From the NCBI RefSeq assembly GCF_036321535.1, contig NC_087447.1:38070001-38134000 (forward strand): a stretch of DNA of 64,000 nucleotides. Reading direction: 5' to 3'. Below, in pieces: positions 1 to 13,287 of this stretch (positions are counted from its first letter, which is position 1; each line of letters begins with the position of its first letter). A program made the position numbers and the translations under genes. The stretch is from Camelus dromedarius (taxonomy: Eukaryota). The notes beneath the pieces are model-generated. The model saw only the letters and a program-made list of their open reading frames with translations. It made no database searches and was not told the DNA's origin.

Positions 1-401
1 GATGGAATATTACTCAGCCAGAAAAAAGAATGAAATCCTGCCATTTGCAGCAACATGGATGGACCTAGAGAATACTATGCTTAGTGAAGTAAGTCAGACA
101 GAGAAAGACATACTGTATGAGATTCCACATATAAGCATATGTGGAATGTATGTGCAAAACAGACTCAGATACAGAAAACAAACTTGTAGTTACTGAAGGG
201 GGAAGAGGACATGGGACTAATATACAAACTACTATGTATAAAATAAGCACCAAGGACATACTATATAGCACAGGGAAGTATAGCCATTATCTTATAATAA
301 CCTATTATGGAGTCTAATCTGCAAAAATATTGAATCACCTGAAATGAATATAATATTGTAAGTCAACTATATTTCATTAAAAAAAAAAAAAGAAAAGAAA
401 A
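1..401 (+). mobile_element. LINE-1 3' end (ORF2 C-terminus, 3' UTR, poly(A))
   Basis: ORF 2..196 MEYYSARKKNEILPFAATWMDLE is the typical L1 ORF2 end; A-rich tail at about 379-401. Confidence 0.9.
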
Positions 402-1876
402 ACTATGCCATGTGAGTAGGATGGTTCACTTAGGCCTGACTACTGGAGCCAGTGATGGAATTGGCTTTGCTCAAAGTACACGTACTACATTGGGGTTAGT
501 GTAGTTACCTAAACAAAAATAAGGAGAGTTATGAAGAGAAGAATTACTGACTAGGAGACTGATTACAATATCTGCCTCACTGCCCTCTGACCACCTGCTA
601 AGCCGAGCAACTTTCCAACCTATCTCCATGACTCTTGACAGTAATACTCATTCAGGTGGTTCCTTGAACTTTGCTCTTCCTATGACACAAGAAATGCCCT
701 GTCCCTGGGCCTCCTACTTACTGTCGTATTGTGCATAAATGCCTAAATTGAAATCTATAGACTGGGTGTCCTGTGGGTTTTGGTGGTCTTACTGAGCAAA
801 GTCATGTAGTGAACTGGAGTAGATTATAATCGAAATTGCAGAGGCCTTATTTTGCTCTTGAATGCTACCACTGTTTCTTCTAGGGTGATTAAGAATTCCA
901 TCAATCTACACAGAATGGAGAACACACTATTTTCTTTACCTGTGTCTAAGGAAATGCTTTTCTTTTCCCTAATCAAGTTACTGCCAACCTGATAAAAATC
1001 ATTTAAAAATGTAGATTTATAACTTGTTGATGGTAGAAGGTGTTTAATCTCACTTAATGTGCTCATTTTATAGCCAAGGAAATAGGGATTCAGACAGGGA
1101 AATGATTCCTCTAGTTCATAGTACAGGATGCCCTTTTTTATCTCATATATATTTTTTTTATCCAAAATGTGTTTATTGGGATAGCTCCCCATTTATCATG
1201 ATTCAGGGTGCTTTTAAAAGTGCTGTTTCTGTCGAAAGGATCATCCTTCTATAAGCCTTGCTTTTTTATCTCCTATGACTGGCAGAGATAGTAAAGCAGC
1301 CAACACACAAAACTATGGCATGGCTGAATTCGGTGGTGTGTTTATAGCATCCTGGGCATTTCATATCCGTGAAGTAAGAATTGGGGCTCTATACCAGGCA
1401 CTTCTTCTTGTGTTTCCTCTTCTCTTCTGGAGAGGGATGAAGGAGCTTCTTTGCAAGAGGCATGTTCTTGTGGGGAGGTCATCACTACCAGAAAGGCCAT
1501 CTCTTATTCTTTTATACTGTGCTTTACAAGTTATAAGGTTGTTTTCTTATTGTCAGCTCTTGATTGTTTGGAGCCAGTTAACTATGGTAAAAATAAAATA
1601 CTGCATCTTTAGAAAAATATAAATATAAATTCAGTAATTAATCCATAATGGAAAATAATTATTTTTTGGAACTACGTAGTAACAGACTATAGATCTACTG
1701 CAATAGGGGTGCCTTCTCTCTAATCAAATTGTGAGCTACTAACTTAGAACGTTAGAAATCTCACTTCTGATTCAAGATGGCAACTGAGTACACTTATTTC
1801 TTCACAAATGCCCTTGAAATAACCATAAGGATAGAAAAACAGATAAAGGTATTGAGAATGGGGTTGGAGGGCCATA

Positions 1877-2618
1877 TTTTTTTCCTTTTTTTAAAGTATA
1901 ATCAGTTTACAGTGTTGCTACTTTATAACGTACAGCATAGTGATTCAGTTATACGTATATATGTGTGTATATATATTCCTTTTCATACTCTTTTTCATTA
2001 TAGGCTTTTACAAAGTATCAAATATAGTTCCCTGTACTATACAGTAAGATCTTGTTGCTTATTTTATATATAGTAATTAATGTATGGAAATCCCAAACTC
2101 CCAATTTATCCCTCCCCCTCACCTTTCCCCCTGGTAACCATTAAGTTTGTTTTATATGTCTGTGAGTCTGTCTCTGTTTTGTAAATAAATTTGTCTTTTT
2201 TTAAGATGCTACCTATAAATGATATCATGGGGTATTTTTCTTTCTCTTTCTGGCTTACTCAGTATGACAATCTCTAGGTCCATCCATGTTCCTGCAAATG
2301 ACATTGTTTTATTCTTTGTTATGTCTGAGTAGTATTCCATTTATTATATACACCATATCCTCTTTATCCAGTTGTCTGTCGATGGACATTTAGGTTGCTT
2401 CCATGTCTTGGCTGTTGTAAATAGTGCTGCTGTGAACATTAGGGTGCATGAATCTTCTTGAATTAGAGTTTCTTCTGGATTTATGCCCAGGAGTGGGATT
2501 GCTGGATCATATGGTAAGTCTATTTTTAGTTTTTCTAAGGCATCTCCATACAGTTTTCCATAAATGGCTCCAAACTACATTCCCAGCAGCAGTGTGGAAG
2601 TCTCTTTTCTCCACACCC
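1877..2618 (-). mobile_element. 5'-truncated LINE-1 3' end with target-site duplication
   Basis: T-rich tail from 1877, L1 3' UTR/ORF2-end sequence, 13-bp direct repeat TTGGAGGGCCATA at 1864-1876 and 2619-2631. Confidence 0.9.
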
Positions 2619-3330
2619 TTGGAGGGCCATAGTGAATCAGATACTTTCAAGTCCTAAAAGATGGAAGGTAAATGGGATAATATTGAAGGAACCACAGATA
2701 AGACAAAGCCTGAGGTAGAGATAGGAGCTCATTCTTCACAGGTTTTGGCTATGGAGGAAACATGTATATAAGGAGAGGAGTAGGTAAGAACAGCAAAAGT
2801 GGAAAGAAATCAAGCTGATGCTCCTGTCCCACTGTTTTCCTGTTTGTGCTGTTCCCAACTGCTGAAGTAAAAGTCTAAGTAAATTGAGTACCTTGTCTGG
2901 GAGACGGTGGTGCTCCTACATAGGGATTTGTGCCCTACATTGACAGCCCCCTAATTTGGTCTGATTTTGAACCTGAAGTTCTGCATCACCCAAACTATTA
3001 ATCAGGTGTGAGGGCAAGTTTCAATCAACAAAGTGATGACTGGGGAAACATCAGCAAAACAGCTAGTGCTAAGAATTGACTATATTTATCTGTAGAATTA
3101 AGGCTAAAACAAAGGTGGAATGAGTGTAACAGAATAACATGTAAATAATTTACACTCTGACAGTATAGAAATAATGCATCTAATAAAAAAAAAGAAGAAA
3201 AGGTAGAAAGTAGAATAAGCTCTCTGATTGCTGCATATATAATAGTTAGGAGTCAAAGGATATAATTTAAAACTGACAAGTCAAGTAGTAGACGTCTGAA
3301 TAAATTTAAGAGTACAAAAGTAAATGATAG

Positions 3331-3459
3331 GGGGAGGGTATAGCTCAGTGGTAAAGTGCATGCCTAGCATGCACGAGGTCCTGGGTTCAATCCCCAGTAC
3401 CTCCATTAAAATAAATAAACCTAATTATCCCCCCCCCCAAAAAAAACCCGAAAGAAACA
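3331..3459 (+). mobile_element. tRNA-derived SINE (camelid Vic-1-like)
   Basis: Pol III A box (TAGCTCAGTGG) and B box (GGTTCAATCC), A-rich tail, 15-bp TSD AAAAGTAAATGATAG at 3316-3330 and 3460-3474. Confidence 0.9.
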
Positions 3460-3639
3460 AAAAGTAAATGATAGAATATTGCCTAAAATTGGGTAGTGGA
3501 GGATATGGAGGAAGAGGTACAAGCTAATTTTATTATTATAAGAGAAGCAGATACCATCCAAGCATAAAAGTATAAGCATAAAGATGACCACTAAATCAAA
3601 AATAAAACCTTCCTAAATGTCAAGAGAACTAAAATTAAG

Positions 3640-4930
3640 TTTTTGGTAAAGAGCAAATATGAGAGAACTACATCCCTAATTACAGTCACATTAAAAAATG
3701 TAAATAGGCTTATCTCACCTATTAAAAAGGTATTCAGATTGGATCACAGACAAAACCCAATGCTGTATTATGCTATATACGAGAGACATCTAAAACATAG
3801 GTTAAAGGTTAAGAATATAAGGATGGAGCTGTATATAGCTCAATTGATAAGAGTGCCTGCTTAGCATACATGAGGTCCTGGGTACAACCCCCAGTACCAC
3901 CTTTAAAAAAAAAAACAAGTAAACCTAATTACTTCCCCTCTAAAAACAACAACAATAAAACAAAACTAAAGTTAAAAAAAAAAGAAAGAACATAAAGATG
4001 GGCATAGCATACCAGGCAAATATATAAAAAGAAAGCAAGGATTATAATCTTAATAAAACAAGGAAGAATTTAAGGCAGACAGCATAAGCAAGACAAAGAA
4101 ATGCACTCTCTAATTCTAGAGACTCTAATTCTTGAGGAAGTTACAATAGTTATGAATAACTATTATACCAAATAACTTTTGCTTCTTTCATGAAGCAAAA
4201 ATGACAAGAGGTACAAGGAGAAATGAGTAGAAGTACATTAATACTAAGAAAATAATTCACTTCCCTCAGCCTATGACAAATAAAATGGATTTAAAAAAAA
4301 ATCCCCAGGATCTCCATTACAAAAAAAAAGATAAAAGAGGGCCTATAGTACATAATCAGTAAGGTAGACCTGATGAATATACATTAAATTCTATACCTGA
4401 TAATAGACTATACCATTTTTATAAGTGCCATATAGTGTTCTTGAAAATTGACCATATAGTGGACCAAAAGTGAACTTTCAAAAATTTCAGAAGTATAAAT
4501 AATATAAATTTCATTATTCAAACATAATGCAATAAGAATGGGTATTAAGAGCAAAATAACAAAACCAGAACTCAAAATTGCCTTTGTGTCTTGAAATTTT
4601 TTTTAATTGTAAAATAATCTTTGAGCAAAGGGGAAATACAACCAAAACTGCAGAATTTCTAGAAAACTGATAAAAACTCTGCACATCAGAATCAATGGAC
4701 TACAGCTACAGTTGTTCTCATAAGAAAACTCATAGCCCTAAATACTTATTTCAATGAAAACATTAAATGTTGTGAATGAATTAAGCATACTATTTTTTTT
4801 AAGAAAAAAATAGCAAACCAAAGGGACATAGAAGGAAGAAATTACAATTCTTGACAAGCAGGAATTAATGAGTTAGACAATAGAAAAATAAAACCAATAG
4901 CTTGATCCTTTTTAAAAAAATCAACACATT
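3640..4930 (+). mobile_element. Old degenerate LINE-1 ORF2 (endonuclease region)
   Basis: ORF 3643..3864 (LITVTLKNVNRLISPIKK...) resembles the L1 endonuclease N-terminus (ITLNVNGLNSPIKR); A-rich decayed L1 continues past the transposon to about 10350. Confidence 0.7.
3825..3985 (+). mobile_element. tRNA-derived SINE (Vic-1-like), more diverged copy
   Basis: TATAGCTCAATTG...GAGGTCCTGGGTACAACCCCCAGTACC body, A tail, imperfect TSD AAGAA(T/C)ATAA(G/A)GATGG at 3811-3826 and 3986-4001. Confidence 0.85.
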
Positions 4931-4934
4931 AGAT

Positions 4935-7187
4935 CGAGGGTCAGTAATTTTATACCCCACAGGTGAAATCTGGCCCACCATCTGTTTTGTATGGTGTACA
5001 AGCTAATGTTTGGAATGTTAAATGTTTGGAAACAAACCCCAAAAGAATAATACTTTGTGAGAGATGACAAATTTTTGCATTTCAAATTTAGTGTTCATAA
5101 AGTTATATCAGAAGACAGAAACACTCATTTTTAGAATACATTGCTTACAGCTGCTTTTTGTGCTATGATGGCATAGTTAAGTATAGTTGAGTGATTGTGA
5201 CAGAAACTGCGTGGCACTCTCATCACTCTGCATGCGGCTTGCCACACTACAAACTCCAGTGATGCAGTTATAACTTGACAGCATTTCTAGCACCATGCAT
5301 ATCTCCATATAGCAACATTTTCTATAATCTTAAAATTTTAATTTGCTTTTTATTAGCAATGCATACTCATCATGTCAAACAAAAACAAAAGGAGAGAGAA
5401 AAGTGAGCTTTGAGCGTCATGGTTTTAAGGCACGGTAGAGTGTGGATTATTTTGTTAACCAAAGTAGGTGGCAAAACATTATGTTTATTGTGAAATGACA
5501 CCATAGCTCTACAGTCAGCTTTGGCACTAGCCGACTGAGCACTCATAATATTCCTAACAGGAGAGTAAAGGTCAGAAAAATTAGAAATTTTAAAATGGAA
5601 TGTATCATGGTAGCAGAATTTCTTCTCAAAAAATGAAAATGAAGCTGCAACCAAAGTTTCTGAGTGGCTCATCGGTTATCCAAACAAGGAAGGCCATTTA
5701 CCAATTGTGAATTAATTAAATTGTGTTTAATTGGGGCAGCCAGAGAAGAGTGTCGAGAGAAAATAAACTTATTTAAGACTGTAGTCTTCAGTGAGAACCG
5801 TTGCTCAGTGCTGACACTGAGAGAAAAGTTAAGTCAATTAAAAAACAAGGCAGATGATTGAGTGGTTTTCCTTGGCTCTTGACGAGTAAAGAGCTATTAC
5901 CAATACTGTTCAGTTGTTTATTCATAGAGTCAATGCCAAGTATGAAGATTTAGCCTCTGTGAATAGTCTGCATGAAACAACTATAGGAGAGGATATTTTC
6001 AAAGAAGATGAGAAAACACTAATTCAGTACAACCTAAAATGGAATCTGCTGTGTTACAACTGATAGTAAAAGCATATGCGGGGCAAAAAAAAAGGCATAG
6101 TTGTGTAAATTGTATTATCAGTAGGTACTTTGCAGAAAATGCTTGAATCTACCAGTGGACTTCATTTATTCTCCTGGACTTAACCATTATCAATCAGTTT
6201 TGTGAATTTTTGTCGGAAATAGAAGCTGACTGTCCTGACTTGCTCTACCACTGACTTAGCAGTAAGTGATAACATTTAATTGCAAATTTTTGAGCTCAGG
6301 GCCAAGACTGAAATTTTTCTGAATGAGAAGACCCACCTGCAACCATGTTATCAAATGCTGAATGGCTTTGGACATTAGCTTTTACAGCTGACTTGATCTT
6401 AATGAGTTTATCCTAAAATTATAAGGCAAAACAATGCTTTTATGGGAAACATACTGAGGTGAAGTCGTTTCAACAACAAGCTAACATTTTGAATCAAAGT
6501 AACGTCAAGCTGCTTTATATACTTCTTGTGCCGTCAGCAGTTAAAACAAGCAGTGGGGCCTCCATTCGCATGCACCTTTTCAGCAGATATATTTTGTGAG
6601 CTCAAACTAAAGTTCCAGAAGTTCTTTTTTGGACCTGGATGCAAGTGCAAAGAAAATATCCATATTGTTTAACTGTGCAATTAAGGAGCTTCCACCTAAC
6701 CTTTAATTGCAAGTGATTAGTTTCCAAAGTAATGGCATGCTAAAAGGCAAATATCAGAGAATTTAATAGAATTCTATACATCTTTCCCAGTGATTAATTT
6801 ACTGGATTAAAATCAGATGCTCATGGATGATATCAGTATTTGGCAATACCCATCTGTGTAAAAAAGCACTTTCAAATATGAAACGTGAATCTCATTACAG
6901 ATCAGCATTAACAGATGGACATTTGTAATGTTTTGAATAGTAGGAAACACAAACTTTGAACCCCAATTAAGCAAAATTTTGTCTCCCAAGAAAGAATTCC
7001 TTTTTTATTAGTAGATCAGTATTCTTTTAAAGTACTTAATTATTACTATAATTATATTTTGAATGTAATAAAAATTGTGTAGAAAATTTTTACTCTTTTA
7101 TATATATAAATACCTACATAAGATGCTTGGCCTGCAAAGCCTAAAATATTTATTTTGGCCCCTGTACAAAAAAGTTTGATGATTCTG
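4935..7187 (+). mobile_element. Near full-length hAT-Charlie DNA transposon (Cheshire/MER58 family) with a decayed transposase
   Basis: MER58-like termini (CGAGGGTCAGTAA...AAATCTGGCCCACCATCTGTTTTG; ...AAAAAGTTTGATGATTCTG); ORF 5664..5861 (KQGRPFTNCELIKLCL..AAREEC.EKINLFKT) resembles Charlie/GTF2IRD2-type transposases; many stops and frameshifts. Confidence 0.75.
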
Positions 7188-8243
7188 GAATTAATCAAAC
7201 TAGTAGCTATCCTGATTATTCAAGAAAAAGGGAAGACAGCATAAATACTCAAAATATGAAATGACAAAGGAGAATAATCCAGAAGCAGAACTTTAATAAT
7301 CATAAGAAGTTGATTTATACAACTTATTGCAAAGAAGTTTGAAGACCTGAATGAAATGGGTAATCTCTATGAAGATATAATTTACCAGTGTTGACCCTAG
7401 AAGAGATGGTATCAACAGACCAGTTTTCATAAAAGAGAAAGTTGCCAAAGATGTGGCCGTCAGAAAACTATTTGAACTGTTCTAGAGCATAGAACTAAAA
7501 AGGAAATTTTGAATGCTTTTTTAGAATTAAAACAACAGCAAACTTACGGCTATAAATTTTAAAATCTAAATAAATTATTAAGGAAAGATCCAACGCTGCA
7601 TTTTAAAATTAATGCATTATGGTCAAGTAGAGTTTATTCCGTGAATATATAAATGGTTCAATATTAGAAAACATTATTAATCATTTGCAGAGAAAATGCA
7701 TGTGAACAAGCTTATAGATGCTAAAAAGGCATTTGAAAAAATTCAACGTTCAATAAAATACAAATTGATAAAGTGAATACATGCATCTATACATATTTAT
7801 ACCTATAAAACGTGTTTATATACAAATATGTGTATACTTAATATATATGTACACATTCCAAAACTGATGTGAAAATATTGGAGGATTCCCTTAAGAACGA
7901 AAAAAATGAGTCTACTATCTCCATACTGTTTTCACATTGTATTGAAGGTATTAGCTAATACAAGGACATTAGAGTGAAAGAACTGGAAAGAGTAAAACTT
8001 TGTTTGCAGATAATATGACTATTATATTCCCATATAATTTATGAGAAAAATAGTAAGATAAAGTAATAGGATATAAAATTAAAAGACAAAACATCAGTAG
8101 CTATTATGTGTACAGCAACCATTAGTAGATAAATGGAAGAGAAAGTTCCATTTTTCAATATAACAGAAATAAAATACGAGGGATAAACATAAGAATATGC
8201 AAAAGATGAGTGGAAAAAAACACTAAAACATTCTTGAAAGAGC

Positions 8244-8738
8244 TGTCAGGGAGTAAGAAATTTTCTTCTACCCTTCTAAATTCCTGTGGCCGATCTAAGA
8301 ATTAAATTAATATGCAAGATTAACAGAGAATCAAACAAAAATTTGATAACATTTATACATGGGAAAGCATCAGGAAAACTGAGTCAAAATGGCTAAAGCC
8401 CTCACCTTAAAGCCATTCTCAGCTAAAGACAAAGAGGATGATCAAGGTGGGGAGAATCAGTTATGGGAGGTTACCAAGAAAAGCACAGTAAACAAGGGTG
8501 ATTGTGATGCAGATTTAAGTCCTGGACTTCCCCATTTCTAAAAGTTTCTAGAGATTTGTTCATCCTCTTCTAGGTATGGAGAGGGAGACACCTTTACAGT
8601 TGGAGTTTTCCCTTACAAATTTTAATGTCACTGGGATTTCAGAGTTTTCCCCAAGTCTGCTGTTTCTCAGAAAATAACCAGCTTAAAACAATATGCCAAA
8701 GAGACATATTTTAGGGTGGCAAATTCTGTTTCCCTACA
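8244..8738 (-). mobile_element. Solo ERV1-class LTR (MER34-like)
   Basis: TG...CA termini; 4-bp TSD GAGC at 8240-8243 and 8739-8742; minus strand starts TGTAGGGAAACAGAATTTGCCACCCTAAAATATG. Confidence 0.8.
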
Positions 8739-9170
8739 GAGCCAAAATGGATAGATATGTTCTTGGATAAGAAGATAACAAAGATGTCAGTTCTCCCTAG
8801 GCTAACATATGAATTTAATAAAATCAGGGTTTTTGTTTTTGTTTTTTTTTCCCATAGAACCAGACAAACTGTTTCTAAAATTCACATGAAAAAGTGAAAG
8901 AATAGCTACAAAAAGAATAGCAGTGTGGGAGTTTTAGCCCTATCAGGTATTGAAATAAGCTATAGAGTTTGAATAATTAAAATAGTGTAATAATGAAATG
9001 ATTAGACAGAAAAATAGAATTGCAAAGAAAGTCAGAAATAAATTCAAATTCAAATATAGTGGAGCAAAGATGGACTTTTTAATAAATGGTATTGGGACTA
9101 CTTTTGAATCATTTGGAAAACAGCTAAAAATTTGAATTCATATCTCATAGCATATGCCTTGATATACTAC

Positions 9171-9566
9171 TGTCGACTGAAAAAAAGCATAGCCTAAAAG
9201 TGAAGAATTATGCTTTATTTGGGGCATTACAGAGAATATAAGCCTGGGATACAGCCTGTCAGAGATAAGAGAGGAGCCAAGACATGTAGGAGTTTTTGCA
9301 AAAAAAAAAAAAAAAAAAAAAAACCCAGGGAAGTCGAACATCAAAATATTGCTAAAGAAAAACCAAATATCTCAAGTTAGTGAATTTAGTGCTTTTCTCT
9401 GTACGGGAAGATGCAAGAATCTGGGCTTTTTAAAATTCTTCCTCTGATATGCGTCTTAACTGTCTAAGGCTAGTATCTTGTTTTTTCTCCATCCTGAATC
9501 CCCTTAGGGTGCACTGATGGGGGTGGCTGGCTGATGGCTTGATGGCTGCAACATCCTTTGTTTACA
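9171..9566 (-). mobile_element. ERV1-class LTR, probably truncated
   Basis: Terminal TGTCGAC, minus-strand AATAAA near the end, sequence resembling laurasiatherian ERV1 LTRs; internal A run at about 9300-9323. Confidence 0.6.
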
Positions 9567-10399
9567 TTCTGTAAACTTTTTTGTTTAGTTTAATATGATT
9601 TATCCTGGAGATCTCTCCATATCTCCACATAGAAAACTTTATCATTCTTTATATAGCTGTACAATATTCTATTGCGATATATACTATAGAAACAATAAAA
9701 CACAACATAAAAACAACAACATAAATCTTCTACAAGGCAAACAACACCACAAGTGGAAACAAGCTAGGAATAAATATGCAAATCTCATTGCAAACAAAAG
9801 ACTAATCTCCTTAATGTAAGAACACAGAAGAAGAAGTTTCAATAATGCTATAGAAAACATTGGTCAAAAGACTTGGCAGTTCACATAATATACACCACAT
9901 TGTAAACATCTAAAAAGATAACTATATCTTACTCAAGAAATGCAAATATAAACTTTACTAAGATAATATCTCATCTACCGTATTGTCAAAAATCCTAGAA
10001 CTTGACAATAATCACTATTGAGAAGGCTGTGCTGAAACATGCCCTTTCATATATAGGTGCAAATTCACAGACATTTCCTGAGGACAGTTTGGTATTATCT
10101 ATCAAATAATAGACGTATTTACCTTCTGACTGAACAATACCATTTCTTAGGAATCTCTCCAGCAGATACACTTGAACACTTATGAAGGAGACGTAAGTGC
10201 AGGTTATTCACTGATATGTTATTTCTAATAGCAAAATGAAACCAAAAAGTTGATGTAACAACATATCTATCAGAAGAGGAATAGTATATTCTATAATAGA
10301 ATATTTTACAGCTGTATATAGTTTCCTCTATATAGTAATATGGAGAGATGTCCAAGATAAATCACCTTAAAACAAAACAAGGAAACCCCACATACAGAA

Positions 10400-10825
10400 T
10401 GTGGTAGCCAGCCTCCAGAAATACCTTCAATGATCCTCACCTGGTTTACACAACCTTGTTAATCACAGCTGGTCTGTGTAAGGAATAGACTGTGAGGGAA
10501 GTGATGGCGTGTGAATTCTAAGTTGTCTAAAAGCATTGCAGTTTTTCACCTTGGTCTCTTTGCTCACTCTGGGGGAAGCCAGTCCTCTTGCCGTGATGAC
10601 ACTCAAGCAGTCCTGTGGAGAGGCCCACATGGAGAGAAACTGAGGCCTCCCACCAACTGCCTGGATCAACTTGCCAACCATGTGAGTGAACCAACTTGGA
10701 AGTAGATTCTCCTCAAAGCTTAACTGATTGCAGACCCAGCTACAACTGATTGTGATCTCATGAGAGATCCTGAGCCAGAACTGCTCAGACAAGCCATTTC
10801 TAAATGCCTGACTCACAAAAACCCA
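10400..10825 (+). mobile_element. MaLR LTR (MLT1-like)
   Basis: TGTGGTAGCCAGCCTCCA start; GAGGCCCACATGGAGAGAAACTGAGGCCTCC and GAGATCCTGAGCCAGAAC motifs typical of MLT1. Confidence 0.75.
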
Positions 10826-11725
10826 CAATAAATATATTTAGTTTTCATCCATTGTTCCTGGCTCACATTTCCCAAACTCTTGGGAGTTTCCTAAACAATA
10901 AGACCAGTGGGAGCATCTGTTGTTACAATATTTGGTTCCTAGTCCTCAATTCCTGAAAAAAAAATGCTTCAGAGCCATTAAGGTGAAAGGAGTGTCTTGT
11001 TATTCAAACAAGCCTCTTTCCACAACAATTGGGTTTATGTTAATGAGGTGATTTTGGAAATCACCTAAGGTGGGGGAGGGCTGGTTATCAGGGGAACCAC
11101 CTTAATTAGAGGGTTGGGACTTTCAGCCCCACCCCCTGACTACAAAGGAGGAGGAAAAAGGGTCTGGAGGTTGAATTAATCATCCTTGCCGAGTGATTTA
11201 ATCAACCATGCCAGTGTAACAGAGAGTCTCCGTAAAAATCCAAAAGGAGGGGCTTCAGAGACCTTCCAGGTCGGTGAGGCATAATGCCTCCAACGTGCCA
11301 CTGTGCCAGGCCCCAAACTCCAAGAGGAATGAAGTTCCTTTGTTCAGGACCTTGCCCTATGTATCTCCATCTGGCTGTTGATTCCGAAATCTTTAATATC
11401 CTCTGTAATCAACCTGTGATCTGGTGAGTAAATTGGTTTTCTAAGTTTTGTGAGCTGGTCTAGTAAATTCATTGAACCCAAGGAGGGGGTGTGGGAACCT
11501 CTGATTTATAGCCAGTTGGTCAGAAGTTCAGGTAACAACCTGGAATTGAGACTGGCGTCTGAGGTAGGGGCTGTCTTGTGGGACAGAGCCCTTAACTTGT
11601 GGAATCTGTTGCTAACTCCGGGTGAGTTGTGTCAGAAGAGTTGAATTGTAGGACACCCAGCTTCTGTCGGATAATTGCTTTCTGGTGATGTGGGGAAACC
11701 ACACTCCCACATTGGAATTCGTTCC
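10826..11725. mobile_element. LTR element (MER21-like)
   Basis: Motifs GTTCCTGGCTCAC, ATTAGAGGGTTGGGACTTTCAGCCCC, GAATTGTAGGACACCCAGC resemble the MER21 family. Confidence 0.65.
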
Positions 11726-13169
11726 AGAATATTTAGGTTTAATTTTAAAAATTAAGTTAACAATTAAAAATCTAGATTTCCTGTAAAAATCTGTATTTTC
11801 AGCTTTTCTCTAAAGAAATGTGATATTCCATCAATGCTGGGCTGGCATTTCGCATAGCAAAAAATAATTGGAGCAAAAGTTGTGGCCTTTTTGCATGATA
11901 TATACACTTGTACTACTACACCAAGTCCACATCGTTAATTTGAACTTTCTGTCTAGTCTGGTAGGTATTTAAATATGTGGCTCCCATTTTAAACATTGGA
12001 AGAAAGCTTTCACTTGAGTTCTGTGAATCTTTGCTTCTCCAGGCTAAAATATCATAGATTCTTTATCTGATTTGGCTCTTGTCACTCTTCTTTGGACCTC
12101 TTTTAATTTACCAATGTTCCATTTATTTTATCTGGCTATTTCAGTGTGGGGTGGATGCAGACAGTATATTTTGAGGAATGCAATTTAAGACAACTTTTGC
12201 CTTTTTTTTTTTTTTTTTTAACCGGAGAAACAGGTAATTGACAACAGCTCCGAGGGCTTTTATCATCAGAGGGCTTATTAAACCAGCCCTTCTCCATTTA
12301 TCCTTTACTGAAAGCAGTCATTTGAACTTAAATGCAATGAAACATACTAACTCTTCTTAATGGTGGATATTTTATATCTTTTTGAATCTTCTTTGTCTTC
12401 ATTCAGGCTGATAATATTGAGACGGCTATTAAGCGAAAATAGACTGAGACAAAGCATTTGCAACCAGATCTCCACTTACAATGTCTGTCTTCCTGATGAC
12501 ATTAACTGTGAATATCCTCTTTAAAAGCTTTCCTTGAAAAAAGCAGGGACCCATCCTACCCCCAGCTAGGAATTTTGACGATGTATGAAGCCTTGTTAAG
12601 AGAATTGAAGTGAGTCTGGGACCCTGAACTTGGGGACCATTTCCAAACTAAAATTGGTGACAGAATTTGATGCTATTCTCTGAAAATGCGGTAGAAATTT
12701 GTACACTGGTAGTATATGACAACGGTGGTAAACTTCTTATTTTGAAAAATTCTTTTTCTCAGTTCTTTCAGATTTTCTATTAGATAATCATAGCCTCTAT
12801 AAATGACAGTTTTGTTTCTTTCCAATTATTATGGCTTTTATTTCTTACTACTTTGGTTAGAACCTTCAGTACAATGTTGATGAAAAATGATAATGGTGAG
12901 CATTCTGGTCTGTTTAAACTAACATTTCATTGTTAAACATGACATTGACTATCATTGTGCATAGTCCCAAAACTGAAGTTCCCTTATATTCTAGGTTTCT
13001 CTTTTTTTTTCCCCTCCCATCCAGCCATCCATCCTTTCATTCCTCTTTTTCTTTCTTAAATGAAGAAAGGGTAACTTTTATCATTTTTTCCCACTTATTG
13101 GGATAATCAGTCTTTTTTCTCCTTTAACTAATGTGTTTAGTTATGTTAACTTCTGTTAATTTTCCCTTT

Positions 13170-13287
13170 CATAACCATCCTCTTGGCCTAATTACCTCCC
13201 AAAGGCCCCACCTCCAAAAACCATCACACTGGGGATTAGGTCTCAACATATGAATTTGGGGAAACACAAAAATTCGGCCCATTGCAG
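13170..13287 (-). mobile_element. MaLR LTR fragment (MLT1/MST-like)
   Basis: CTAATTACCTCCCAAAGGCCCCACCTCC...CAACATATGAATTTGGGG motif. Confidence 0.7.

Larger units (their letters stand above)
7190..10350 (+). mobile_element. Old degenerate LINE-1 ORF2/3' region interrupted by LTRs
   Basis: Decayed L1 motifs (ATAGATGCTAAAAAGGCATTTGAAAAAATTCAAC; AATAAATGGTATTGGGAC); boundaries approximate. Confidence 0.6.

Noticed and set aside
824..1622. ORFs of 122 and 115 aa as possible CYP2R1 or novel exons
   Set aside because: No P450 motifs or other recognisable similarity; lengths are compatible with chance
3331..3410. tRNA-like sequences with A and B boxes (also at 3825, 29054, 48800-49055)
   Set aside because: They have A-rich tails and TSDs and no convincing cloverleaf, so they are SINEs, not tRNA genes
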